A DNA stretch of 37,500 nt from Burkholderiaceae bacterium (GTDB taxonomy: Bacteria > Pseudomonadota > Gammaproteobacteria > Burkholderiales > Burkholderiaceae_C): positions 1 through 37,500 of the forward strand of contig JANNMP010000158.1 of the NCBI GenBank assembly GCA_031398015.1. The letters run 5' to 3'. The notes under the pieces were generated by a model, which saw only the letters and a list, made by a program, of their open reading frames with translations, searched no databases and was not told the DNA's origin. The first letter of the stretch is position 1. Each line of letters starts with the position of its first letter. The position numbers and the translations under genes were made by a program. This document shows positions 1 to 8,814 of this stretch, in pieces.

Positions 1-419
1 TCCTGGTTCATCAGCAGCCAGCGGAACAGGCGTCGGTAGAAGTCCAGGGCCGGCCGGTAGACGACATGTTCAACATCGAGTTTCTCAACGGCGCGGTGGA
101 TGTTGGACCAGGCGACCTCACCGATGTCGATGTCGGTGGTGTGCGCGAGCACACGCAACCCATAGTCCACTTTCAACTTGTGTGCCAAATAGACACTGTC
201 TTTGCCGCCTGACAATGCCACCAGGCAGTCGTACTGGCGCCCTTTGCCACGGCAGTGCGCGATGGCACGCTCGAGGTCAGCCTCTCGTGCCTGGCGCAGC
301 GACTCCACGGCGGCCACGTCCACCGGCTTGGACTCGCGGCACAGCCGGCAGACCAAATTGGCGTCGAGATCGGCCCCCCGCGCGGCGGCCGGCAACAGGC
401 ATTTGCGGCAGGATTTCAT
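1..419 (-). CDS. N-acetyl sugar amidotransferase (WbpG/WbuX-like PP-loop ATPase), 5' part; runs off the left edge
   Basis: Not in the ORF track. Manual translation from ATG at 419 gives MKSCRKCLLP...VCRLCRES...QYDCLVALSGGKDSVYLAHKLKVDYGLRVLAHT, i.e. two N-terminal CxxC motifs followed by the YDC..xSGGKDS PP-loop typical of this family; frame open to the window edge. Confidence 0.85.
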   Translation of the reverse strand, partial: MKSCRKCLLPAAARGADLDANLVCRLCRESKPVDVAAVESLRQAREADLERAIAHCRGKGRQYDCLVALSGGKDSVYLAHKLKVDYGLRVLAHTTDIDIGEVAWSNIHRAVEKLDVEHVVYRPALDFYRRLFRWLLMNQ

Positions 420-607
420 CAAGGCATTGTCTGGCAGCAACCGGTGGGTGTGTAGGCATCCGAAGCCAGACGTCCCAGTGCCGACCACAATGTTGCGCCA
501 GTCCGCATGCCCTCATTGCTTGGATCATGCTGGCTCGACCCTGCCTGCTCTGACGATCATGCAACGCTGGCGCGAAGCACCCTGAGGTCGACCATCAACT
601 GTGCCTC

Positions 608-626
608 CGCGCAACGATGATGCGCG
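608..626. promoter_or_regulatory. Inverted repeat, possible enhancer (bEBP binding site)
   Basis: CGCGCA-N7-TGCGCG perfect 6-bp arms, about 90-110 bp upstream of the putative -24 box; GC-rich, so could be chance. Confidence 0.25.
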
Positions 627-717
627 AAAAACCGTGAACTCTTCGTGACCATGCCGCGCCGCATGCCGTGCAGGGTTGGCGTTGGGAGTTTTGGCTGTGC
701 GATCATTGAAAGCTTGC

Positions 718-733
718 TGGCAAGTGCGCTGCA
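718..733 (+). promoter_or_regulatory. Putative sigma54 (-24/-12) promoter of the XrtA/EPS operon
   Basis: TGGCAAGTGCGCTGCA vs consensus TGGCAC-N5-TTGCW: invariant GG and GC with exact 10-nt spacing, about 80 nt upstream of the first start codon. PEP-CTERM systems are known to be linked to sigma54/PrsR. Confidence 0.55.
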
Positions 734-815
734 TCCTGGTTTTCAGAGCTGCTTGCCCACCGCTTTTTTCAACAGGCCCGAGCAGCCATCGCCAACCCAC
801 TCTCAAGGAGTCAAG

Positions 816-1448
816 GTGACAAAGCCCAAATTCAGTTCTTTGCGCCTGTGCGTCGGTGCCGTGCTCGGCGGCGTTATGTTGCTGGCAGGCTGCGCCTCCG
901 GCCCCGCCCACCCGCCCGCCCCCAACAGCGCCGGCACCTCCGACAGCTACACCTACCTCATCGGCGCCGGCGATTCGCTGAACATCATCGTCTGGCGCAA
1001 CCCCGAGCTGTCGATGGCGGTGCCGGTGCGGCCCGACGGCAAGGTGGCCGCGCCGCTGGTCGAAGAGATCATCGCCCAGGGCAAGACGTCCACCCAGTTG
1101 GCGCGTGACATCGAGTCGCAGCTGGGCAAGTACGTGCGTGACCCGGTGGTCACGGTGTTGGTGACCAGCTTCGTCGGCCCCTACAGCGAGCAAATTCGCG
1201 TCGTGGGTGAGGCGGCCAAGCCGCAGTTCCTCAACTACAAGAAGAACATGACCCTGCTTGACGTGATGATCGCCGTCGGCGGGCTCACCGATTTTGCCGC
1301 CGGCAACAACGCGTCGATCCTGCGCACCAGTGATGGCGGCAAGCAGTACGCGGTGCGGCTCAAGGACTTGATCAAGCGCGGTGACATGTCGGCCAATGTC
1401 GAGGTCAAGCCGGGTGATGTGCTGGTGATCCCGCAGAGCCTGTTCTGA
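816..1448 (+). CDS. wza: XrtA/PEP-CTERM system polysaccharide export lipoprotein (short Wza/OPX; TIGR03027-like)
   Basis: AAGGAG SD at 805-810 before GTG 816; lipobox LAGC; Poly_export motif YLIGAGDSLNIIVWRNPELS..VPVRPDGK; SLBB domain ending PGDVLVIPQSLF. Confidence 0.92.
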   Translation: MTKPKFSSLRLCVGAVLGGVMLLAGCASGPAHPPAPNSAGTSDSYTYLIGAGDSLNIIVWRNPELSMAVPVRPDGKVAAPLVEEIIAQGKTSTQLARDIESQLGKYVRDPVVTVLVTSFVGPYSEQIRVVGEAAKPQFLNYKKNMTLLDVMIAVGGLTDFAAGNNASILRTSDGGKQYAVRLKDLIKRGDMSANVEVKPGDVLVIPQSLF

Positions 1449-1494
1449 GTGCGCCCGCCGCTGCCCCCCACCCAACACTGCAGAGCCTGAGACG

Positions 1495-3084
1495 ATGGAA
1501 GAGCTGATCGCGCAAGTCGCATCGATCGCCCGCGGGATGTGGCGGTTCCGCTGGACCGGCCTGATCGTGGCCTGGATCGTGGGCGCCCTGGGGGCGGTGG
1601 TGGCCTTCAAGGTGCCTGACCGCTACGAGGCCATGGCCCGCATCTTCGTGGACACCCAGTCCATCCTGAAGCCGCTGATGTCGGGCCTGGCGGTGCAGCC
1701 CAATGTCGACCAGCAGGTGACGATGCTCAGCCGCACGCTGATCAGCCGGCCCAACATCGAGAAGCTGGTGCGCATGGCCGATCTCGACTTGAAGAGTGAG
1801 TCCAAGGCGCAGCAAGAGGGCCTGATCGAAACCTTGATGAAGACGGTTGAGATCAAGAGCACCGGCCGCGACAACCTGTATTCACTGACTTACGTCGAGG
1901 CCGACAAGGACAAGGCCAAGCGGGTGATCCAGTCGATGGTCTCGATCTTCGTCGAGTCCAGCCTGGGCGCCAGCCGCAAGGACACCGATTCGGCCAAGGT
2001 CTTCCTCGACGAGCAGATCAAGACTTACGAAGGCAAGCTCGAAGAGGCCGAGGGCCGATTGAAAGATTTCAGGCTCAAGAACATCGACTTGCAGACCGGC
2101 GATGGCAAGGACTCGGCATCCCGCCTTCAGGAGATCTCGCAGGCGCTGGAAAACGCCAAGCTGCTGCTGCGCGAAGCCGAGCAATCGCGTGAGGCCGCCA
2201 AGAAGCAGATGACGCTGGAGAGGACCGGCGGCAGCAGCGACGGTGTCACCCAGAGCTTGCTGCAGGAATCGGCTGTCAACGTGGCCACGCCCGAGATCGA
2301 TGCCCGCCTGGAAGCCCAGCGCCGCAGCCTGGACGGCCTGCTGCAGCGCTACACCGATCAACACCCCGACGTGGTCAGCACCCGCCGCCTGATCACTGAG
2401 CTGGAAAAGCAGAAGGCCAAGGAAGTGGCCGAGTTGCGCCGCGCCGCATTGGCGCTGCCGGCCAATGGCGCCACCGGCAGCAACACCAGCCCGGCGGTGC
2501 AAGAGCTGGCCAAGGTGCTGGCCACGTCTGAGGTGCAGGTGGCGTCACTGCGGGCCCGGGTTTCCGAGTTCCAGTCGCGCTATGTGCAGGCGCGTGCGCT
2601 CACCCGCACCTCGCCGCAGATCGAGGCCGAGGCCGCCCAGCTGAACCGCGACTACGCCATCGTCAAGAAGAACTACGAAGACCTGGTGGCGCGGCGCCAG
2701 TCGGCGGTGATGTCGGGTGACCTCGACATGGCCTCTGGCGTGGTCGATTTCCGTTTGATTGATCCGCCACGGGTGTCGCCGCGGCCGGTGTTCCCCAACC
2801 GCATGCTGCTGCTGTTGGTGGCCTTGGCTGCGGCGGTGGCTGCCGGCCTGGCCACCGCTTTCGTGGCCAGCCAGGTGCGCCCGGTGTTCAATGATGTGCA
2901 GCAACTGCGCGCCAAGACCGGCCTGCCGCTGCTGGGCGTGGTGTCGATGATCCTGAGTGACGACGACAAGAAGCGCGAGCGCTCCAACCGCCTGCGGTTC
3001 TATTTCGGGACTGGCAGCCTGCTGGCCTCATACCTGGTGGCCATGGTCACCGTGTCCATCATTGCCGCGCGGCAGGTAGGTTGA
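1495..3084 (+). CDS. XrtA system polysaccharide chain-length determinant / co-polymerase (TIGR03007-like)
   Basis: N- and C-terminal TM segments, long coiled coil, YTDQHPDVV and FRLIDPP..SPRPVFPNR motifs; position between exporter and kinase. Confidence 0.92.
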   Translation: MEELIAQVASIARGMWRFRWTGLIVAWIVGALGAVVAFKVPDRYEAMARIFVDTQSILKPLMSGLAVQPNVDQQVTMLSRTLISRPNIEKLVRMADLDLKSESKAQQEGLIETLMKTVEIKSTGRDNLYSLTYVEADKDKAKRVIQSMVSIFVESSLGASRKDTDSAKVFLDEQIKTYEGKLEEAEGRLKDFRLKNIDLQTGDGKDSASRLQEISQALENAKLLLREAEQSREAAKKQMTLERTGGSSDGVTQSLLQESAVNVATPEIDARLEAQRRSLDGLLQRYTDQHPDVVSTRRLITELEKQKAKEVAELRRAALALPANGATGSNTSPAVQELAKVLATSEVQVASLRARVSEFQSRYVQARALTRTSPQIEAEAAQLNRDYAIVKKNYEDLVARRQSAVMSGDLDMASGVVDFRLIDPPRVSPRPVFPNRMLLLLVALAAAVAAGLATAFVASQVRPVFNDVQQLRAKTGLPLLGVVSMILSDDDKKRERSNRLRFYFGTGSLLASYLVAMVTVSIIAARQVG

Positions 3085-3089
3085 ACAGC

Positions 3090-4121
3090 ATGAGCAGCTT
3101 GATCGAACAGGCCGCCGAACGCCTGGCCAAGATCCGCGAAGCCGGCATCGAGTTGCCGGACGTGGCGGGCGATGCCCCGCAGCAGCCGGCTGCTGCTGCC
3201 CGGGCGGCCACCATGCCGGCGTCCAGCCTGGCCACGCCACCCGCTGCCGCCGTGCTGCCGCACGGCCTGTTGTCCAAGCAGGTTGAACTGGACTTGGTGG
3301 CGCTGGCAGCCGCAGGCTTCCTGGTGCCGCTGGCGCCGCGCTCGCACATGGCTGACCAGTACCGGGTGATCAAGCGCCCGCTGATCGCCAACGCCACGGC
3401 CAAGGGCGCCACCCGGGTGACCCACGGCAACCTGATCATGATGACCAGCGCCATGCCGGGTGAGGGCAAGAGCTTCACCTCGATCAACCTGGCGATGAGC
3501 ATTGCCTCCGAACTCGACCACACGGTGATGCTGGTCGATGCCGACGTGGCGCGCCCGTCGGTGTTGAAGAAGCTGGGGCTGGCCGAAGCCCCCGGTCTGC
3601 TGGACCTGCTTGAAGGCAAGGCCGAGATGAGTGATGTGCTGATGCGCACCAACATCGACAAGCTCACCATCCTGCCCAGCGGCCGGCCGCACCCCAAGTC
3701 AACCGAGCTGCTGGCCAGCGACGCCATGCGCCAGCTGCTCAGCGACATGGCCTCGCGCTACGCTGACCGCATCATCATCTTCGATTCGCCGCCGCTGTTG
3801 CTGACCACCGAATCCCGCGTGCTGGCCACCCAGATGGGCCAGGTGGTGCTGGTGGTGCATGCCGGCAAGACTTTGCAGGCCGATGTGGAGCATGCACTGT
3901 CCACCATCGAGCAATGCCCCATCCGCATGATGCTGCTGAACAAGGCCCGCACCGACACCCAAGGTGCCTACGGCTACGGCTACGGTTATGGCTACGGTTA
4001 TGGCTACGGCGAGGGTTACAGCTACGGTTACGGCTACGGTGACCCGCCGGCCGGCGCCGACGGCCAAAGCCCGGCCGCAGCCGCTGCCCCAGGACAGGCC
4101 GATGCCCAGAAGGCGCGGTGA
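3090..4121 (+). CDS. XrtA-associated bacterial tyrosine autokinase (BY-kinase; TIGR03018-like)
   Basis: Walker A SAMPGEGKS, A' LVDAD, B IIFDSPP, C-terminal (YG)n tyrosine cluster. ATG 3090 preferred over TTG 3081. Confidence 0.93.
   Translation: MSSLIEQAAERLAKIREAGIELPDVAGDAPQQPAAAARAATMPASSLATPPAAAVLPHGLLSKQVELDLVALAAAGFLVPLAPRSHMADQYRVIKRPLIANATAKGATRVTHGNLIMMTSAMPGEGKSFTSINLAMSIASELDHTVMLVDADVARPSVLKKLGLAEAPGLLDLLEGKAEMSDVLMRTNIDKLTILPSGRPHPKSTELLASDAMRQLLSDMASRYADRIIIFDSPPLLLTTESRVLATQMGQVVLVVHAGKTLQADVEHALSTIEQCPIRMMLLNKARTDTQGAYGYGYGYGYGYGYGEGYSYGYGYGDPPAGADGQSPAAAAAPGQADAQKAR
3969..4040 (+). repeat. Hexanucleotide tandem repeat (TAYGGY)n encoding the kinase Tyr cluster
   Basis: tac ggc tac ggc tac ggt tat ggc...; 24 codons YGYGYGYGYGYGYGEGYSYGYGYG (11 Tyr). 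Confidence 0.9.
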
Positions 4122-5703
4122 GCGGCCTGGCAGCAAACCCAGCGGCGCAGTCCAGGGCCGTGCCTCGCGCCGGGCGTTGATACCCGGGCCGGGCGTGCTC
4201 GGCCGGCTGTGCCTGGCCGGGGCGTTTGGTCTGGGCCTTGGCATCGGCACGGCCAGCGTGGCGCAAACCGCCGACGCTGCGCCGCAACCGCGCCGGCTGG
4301 CGCTGGAACCCAGCGCCTCGGTGACGCAGACCTTCACCGACAACCATGATCTGCGCAGCAGCAACCCGCAGGCTGACGCCATCACCCGGCTGACGGCCGG
4401 CATCGGCTTTCGGGGCAACACAGGTGCAGTGCGTGGCTATCTCGACTACGCCCTGTCCAGCCTGACCTACGCCCGCCACAGCGAACGCAACAGCCTGCAG
4501 AACGCGTTGAGCGCCAACCTGAGCGCTGACCTGATCGAAGACCGCCTGCAACTGCTGGCAGCCGCGAACATTTCGCGCGTTGCGGTGTCGGCGTTCGGTG
4601 TCCGGCCGGGCGGCGGCGCCGACGCCAACAGCAACACCACTGAGCTGCGCTCGCTCAGGTTGACACCGACATTGCGCGGGCCGCTGGGCCCCGGCCTGCG
4701 CTACACCGCCAGCCTGGCCCACACCATCACCGACAGTGACAGCGCCAGCAATGGCGACGTCACCAGCAACAGCGCCAACGTCCGGCTCGAGCCCAGCAAC
4801 CCGGGCAAGCTGCGCTGGGCGCTCGATGCATCGCACCTAGCGTCTGACTACAAGCGGGGCCGCAGCACCCAGTCTGACCGTGTACTGGGCACGCTGCTGC
4901 TGGACCTGGACATCCTTGACCTGCAGCTCAGCGCCACTGGTGGCTCCGAGCGCACCAACCTGGCCAGCCAGGACGCCCGCAACTACCGCACCTGGGGCCT
5001 GGGCCTGCTGTGGACACCGTCGCCCATCACGCGGCTGAGTGCCGAAGTCGACAACCGCTTCTTCGGCCGATCGCATGCGTTCGGCCTCGAATACCGCACG
5101 CCGCGCACCGCCTGGACGTACCGCAATGCCCGCTCGCTGTCGACCGACGACACCCGGCAACTCGGCTTGCGCGGGCCGGCATCGCAGGTGCTGGGAATCT
5201 TGCTGGGCGTGCCCGACAGTGACCCGCGTGTGAACAGCCTGCTTGACCTGTTCAGCCTCAACGCCGCTGATGTGATCAGCACCGGCTTTTTGCAATCAGC
5301 CGTCTCGCTGCAAAACCAGCAGCAGCTGTCAGCCGCCTGGACGGGCCCGCGCGATGCCGCCGTGCTGGTGGCCAGCCGCAGCAAGACGCGGCGGGTTGAC
5401 ACCTTGTCGAGCGCGTTTGACGACCTGTTGCGCACGGCCGAGGTGCGGCTGACCAGCCTGACACTGAACCTGTCGCACCGGCTCACGCCGTTGTCGGCGC
5501 TGACGGTGGCGCTGTCCACGCAGCACAGCCGCGGCAGCACCGCGCAGTTCTCCAGCCGCCAGGCCCAGGCCGAGCTGCAACTGACCACCCGCCTCACGCC
5601 GCAAAGCGTTGCCAATGTGTCATTGCGCCATGCGCGCTACAAGACCGGCCAGCAGCCCTTCGATGAAACGGCAGTCACTGCCTCTTACGGCATCCGGTTC
5701 TAG
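4102..5703 (+). CDS. PEP-CTERM system outer-membrane beta-barrel protein (TIGR03016-like)
   Basis: Signal-like segment ending ASVAQ, TQTFTDN motif, amphipathic beta strands, C-terminal beta-signal SYGIRF; conserved position. Start uncertain (ATG 4102 or TTG 4177). Confidence 0.85.
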   Translation: MPRRRGERPGSKPSGAVQGRASRRALIPGPGVLGRLCLAGAFGLGLGIGTASVAQTADAAPQPRRLALEPSASVTQTFTDNHDLRSSNPQADAITRLTAGIGFRGNTGAVRGYLDYALSSLTYARHSERNSLQNALSANLSADLIEDRLQLLAAANISRVAVSAFGVRPGGGADANSNTTELRSLRLTPTLRGPLGPGLRYTASLAHTITDSDSASNGDVTSNSANVRLEPSNPGKLRWALDASHLASDYKRGRSTQSDRVLGTLLLDLDILDLQLSATGGSERTNLASQDARNYRTWGLGLLWTPSPITRLSAEVDNRFFGRSHAFGLEYRTPRTAWTYRNARSLSTDDTRQLGLRGPASQVLGILLGVPDSDPRVNSLLDLFSLNAADVISTGFLQSAVSLQNQQQLSAAWTGPRDAAVLVASRSKTRRVDTLSSAFDDLLRTAEVRLTSLTLNLSHRLTPLSALTVALSTQHSRGSTAQFSSRQAQAELQLTTRLTPQSVANVSLRHARYKTGQQPFDETAVTASYGIRF

Positions 5704-5705
5704 CC

Positions 5706-6812
5706 ATGTACGAATCGTTCTACGGGCTCAGCAACAAGCCCTTCCAGCTCAATCCCGACCCCAGCTTCTACTTCGGCAGCAAGCAGCACCGGCGCGCCAA
5801 GGCCTATCTGGACTACGGCGTCTCGCGCAATGAGGGCTTCATCGTCATCACCGGTGAGATCGGTGCCGGCAAGACCACGCTGCTGCGCGCGCTGATCGAC
5901 GGCCTGCACGGCAGCAACGTGGTGGTGGGCCACCTGGTCACCACCCAGCTGGGCGCCGAAGACACACTGCGCATGGTGGGCGCATCGTTCGGCTTCAAGG
6001 TCAAGGACGTTCCCAAGAGCGAGCTGCTGATCACGCTGGAAGCGTTTCTGATCAGCCAGACCACCAAGGGCAAGCGCTGCCTGCTGATCGTCGACGAGGC
6101 GCAGAACCTCACCGCACGCGCGGTTGAAGAGTTGCGCATGCTGTCGAACTTCCAGTTTGGCAACCAGGCGCTGATGCAGAGCTTCCTGGTCGGCCAGCCC
6201 GAGTTCCGTGAGATCCTGCAGCGGCCCGAGATGGAGCAGTTCCGCCAGCGCGTGGCGGCCACCTGCCACATCGGCCCGCTCGACCTGGACGAAACCCAGC
6301 ACTACATCGAGCACCGGCTGAAGTGCGCCGGCTCCAGCGGCCAACCCAGCTTTGCGGCCGAGGCCTTCGAGGCCATCTTCAAGGCCAGCGGCGGCATCCC
6401 GCGGCGCATCAACTCGGTCTGTGACCGGGTGCTGCTGGCCGGCTTTCTGGGCGGCAAGACACACTTGGAGCTGACCGACGTCGACGAAGTGGTGCGTGAG
6501 TTCGCGCTCGAAGCAGCGGTGCCGGTGCGCCGCGCGGCGGGTCATGAAAGCATGCCGGCTGAGCTGGCCAGCGGGCCCACCACAACCGCCGCCGCACTGG
6601 ATGTCGACCTGGGCCAGTTGCAGCTTGACCCGGCTGCCGCAGACACCATGGGGCGCCAGATCACCCGCCTGTCAGCCGACCAGCGCGGTGACCAGATCCA
6701 GCGCCTGGAGCGTGGCCTGCTGCGGCTGGAGCGCAGCAATCTGCAAGTGCTGGCGATGCTGCAGCAGCTGGTGGCGGCGGTGAAGAAGCCGGTCGACGAG
6801 GGGCCGAAGTGA
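5706..6812 (+). CDS. XrtA/PEP-CTERM system ATPase (ExeA/GspA-like; TIGR03015-like)
   Basis: MYESFYGLSNKPFQLNPDP start, Walker A GEIGAGKT, Walker B LLIVDEAQ, SGGIPRRIN. Confidence 0.93.
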   Translation: MYESFYGLSNKPFQLNPDPSFYFGSKQHRRAKAYLDYGVSRNEGFIVITGEIGAGKTTLLRALIDGLHGSNVVVGHLVTTQLGAEDTLRMVGASFGFKVKDVPKSELLITLEAFLISQTTKGKRCLLIVDEAQNLTARAVEELRMLSNFQFGNQALMQSFLVGQPEFREILQRPEMEQFRQRVAATCHIGPLDLDETQHYIEHRLKCAGSSGQPSFAAEAFEAIFKASGGIPRRINSVCDRVLLAGFLGGKTHLELTDVDEVVREFALEAAVPVRRAAGHESMPAELASGPTTTAAALDVDLGQLQLDPAAADTMGRQITRLSADQRGDQIQRLERGLLRLERSNLQVLAMLQQLVAAVKKPVDEGPK

Positions 6813-7729
6813 GGCCTAGCCAGATCAGCAACGCGGCCCCGCAGCCGGTGCACAGCCCGATCACCAACGCGCTGACCATCGACGTGGAAGATTATTTCCA
6901 GGTCTCGGCGATGGCGCCGTACATCCAGCGCAGTGAATGGGACACGCGTGAATGCCGGGTTGAGGCCAATGTCGAGCGCATCCTGGCGCTGCTGGCGCGC
7001 CACCAGACCCATGCCACCTTCTTCACCCTGGGCTGGGTGGCTGAGCGCTACCCGCAGCTGGTGCGGCGCATCGTCGATGGCGGCCATGAGCTGGCCAGCC
7101 ACGGCCACGGCCACCAGCGCGCCACTGACTTGAACCGCACTGAGTTCATGCAGGACATCGTGCGCGCCAAGGGCCTGCTCGAAGACATCGGCGGTGTGGT
7201 GGTGCAAGGCTACCGGGCACCCAGCTTTTCCATCGGTGAGAACAACCTGTGGGCCTTTGACTGCCTGCTGGAGGCCGGCCACCGCTACAGCAGCAGCATC
7301 TATCCGATCAAGCATGACCACTACGGCATGCCTGGTGCGCCGCGGTTTGCCCATGCGGTGCGCGACGGCTTGCTGGAGGTGCCGGTGACCACGGTGCGCC
7401 TGGGTGACCGCAACCTGCCGTCGTCGGGCGGTGGCTGGTTTCGGCTGTTTCCGTATGCGCTGTCGCGCTGGATGATCCAGCGTGTCAACCAGCATGACGG
7501 CGCGGCGGCGATCTTCTATTTCCATCCTTGGGAAATCGATCACGCCCAGCCCCGTGTCCACGGGATCAACTGGAAGACCCGGTTCCGCCACTATGTGAAC
7601 ATCGGACGCACCGAGCAGCGGCTGGAAGCGCTGTTGCGCGACTTCCGCTGGGGTCGCATGGACGAGATTTTTCTGCAACAAGCCATCCCGCCACAGGCTT
7701 CGCCCGGCCGGTTGTTGGCGGCGAACTGA
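6809..7729 (+). CDS. XrtA system polysaccharide deacetylase (TIGR03006-like)
   Basis: NALTIDVEDYFQV, ATFFTLGW, HELASHGHGH, GYRAPSFS, FYFHPWEID motifs; GTGA overlap with the ATPase. Confidence 0.92.
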   Translation: MRPSQISNAAPQPVHSPITNALTIDVEDYFQVSAMAPYIQRSEWDTRECRVEANVERILALLARHQTHATFFTLGWVAERYPQLVRRIVDGGHELASHGHGHQRATDLNRTEFMQDIVRAKGLLEDIGGVVVQGYRAPSFSIGENNLWAFDCLLEAGHRYSSSIYPIKHDHYGMPGAPRFAHAVRDGLLEVPVTTVRLGDRNLPSSGGGWFRLFPYALSRWMIQRVNQHDGAAAIFYFHPWEIDHAQPRVHGINWKTRFRHYVNIGRTEQRLEALLRDFRWGRMDEIFLQQAIPPQASPGRLLAAN

Positions 7730-7743
7730 TTCCACAACGCCCT

Positions 7744-8781
7744 GTGATCGAGATCAAGCGACTGTCTGTCGCGGACGCCGCGACGGCGGCCCGTTGGGAT
7801 GCCTTCGTGCAAGCTTGCCCGCAGGCCACGTTCTTCCACCGCGCCGGCTGGGGCCGCGCGCTGGACCGCGTGTTCCAGCACCCGCTGGCCATGCTGTATG
7901 CCGAGCGTGACGGCGTGATCGACGGCGTGCTGCCGCTGGCCCAGGTCAAGAGCATGCTGTTCGGCCATGCGGTGGTGAGCCTGCCGTTTGCCGTCTACGG
8001 CGGCGTGGCCGCCAACACGCCCGAAGCCGCTGCCGCGCTGCAGGCCGAGGCCGGCCGCATCACCCAGCAACTGGGCGCCCAGCACCTGGAGCTGCGCCAT
8101 GTGCAACGCCAGCATGCCGACTGGCCGCTGCAGGATTTGTACGTCACCTTCCGCAAGCCCCTGCTGGCAGACGATGAGGCCAACATGCTGGCCATCCCGC
8201 GCAAGCAGCGGGCGATGGTGCGCAAGGGCATCAAGAACGGCCTGGTGGCCAAGCTCGACCCAGGCGTGGACCGCTTCTTTGCGCTGTACGCCGACAACGT
8301 GCACCGCCACGGCACACCGGCGCTGCCGCAGCGCTGGTTTCAGACGCTGCGCGACGAGTTCGGCGCCGATTGCGATGTGCTCACTGTCGAAGCGCCCGAC
8401 GGCAAGGCACTGTCGTCGGTGCTGAGCTTCTACTTCCGCGGTGAAGTGCTGGCCTATTACGCCGGTGATGACGAATCGGCGCGCGACCTGGCCTGCAATG
8501 ATTTCAAGTACTGGCAGCTGATGTGCCACGCCACCGCGCGTGGCTGCACGGTGTTTGACTACGGCCGCAGCAAGCAGGGCACCGGGCCCTATGCCTTCAA
8601 GAAGAACTGGGGCTTCGAGCCCACGCCGCTGCACTATGAATACCAGCTCTACAAGCGCGACGCCGTGCCCCAGAACAACCCCAACAACCCCAAGTACAAG
8701 CTGCTGATCCAGACCTGGCGGCGCCTGCCCATCGGCGTGGCCAACCGGCTGGGGCCGATGCTGGTGCGCAACCTGGGCTGA
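7744..8781 (+). CDS. FemAB-like protein of XrtA/PEP-CTERM systems (TIGR03019-like)
   Basis: WDAFV..ATFFH, SLPFAVYGG, RKQRAMVRKG, FDYGRSK..TG..FKKNWGF motifs; start set at GTG 7744 (uncertain). Confidence 0.9.
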   Translation: MIEIKRLSVADAATAARWDAFVQACPQATFFHRAGWGRALDRVFQHPLAMLYAERDGVIDGVLPLAQVKSMLFGHAVVSLPFAVYGGVAANTPEAAAALQAEAGRITQQLGAQHLELRHVQRQHADWPLQDLYVTFRKPLLADDEANMLAIPRKQRAMVRKGIKNGLVAKLDPGVDRFFALYADNVHRHGTPALPQRWFQTLRDEFGADCDVLTVEAPDGKALSSVLSFYFRGEVLAYYAGDDESARDLACNDFKYWQLMCHATARGCTVFDYGRSKQGTGPYAFKKNWGFEPTPLHYEYQLYKRDAVPQNNPNNPKYKLLIQTWRRLPIGVANRLGPMLVRNLG

Positions 8782-8814
8782 GCGCCCGGCACCATCCGCA
8801 CTGAGAACACGCCC

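Noticed and set aside
182-585. Short ORFs in the left intergenic region (182-553, 202-585, 255-455, 277-564)
   Set aside because: They overlap the real - strand amidotransferase CDS and promoter region and show no motifs.
1495-4121. Split Wzc (separate co-polymerase and kinase) as a novelty or frameshift
   Set aside because: This two-gene arrangement is the normal state in XrtA/PEP-CTERM loci.
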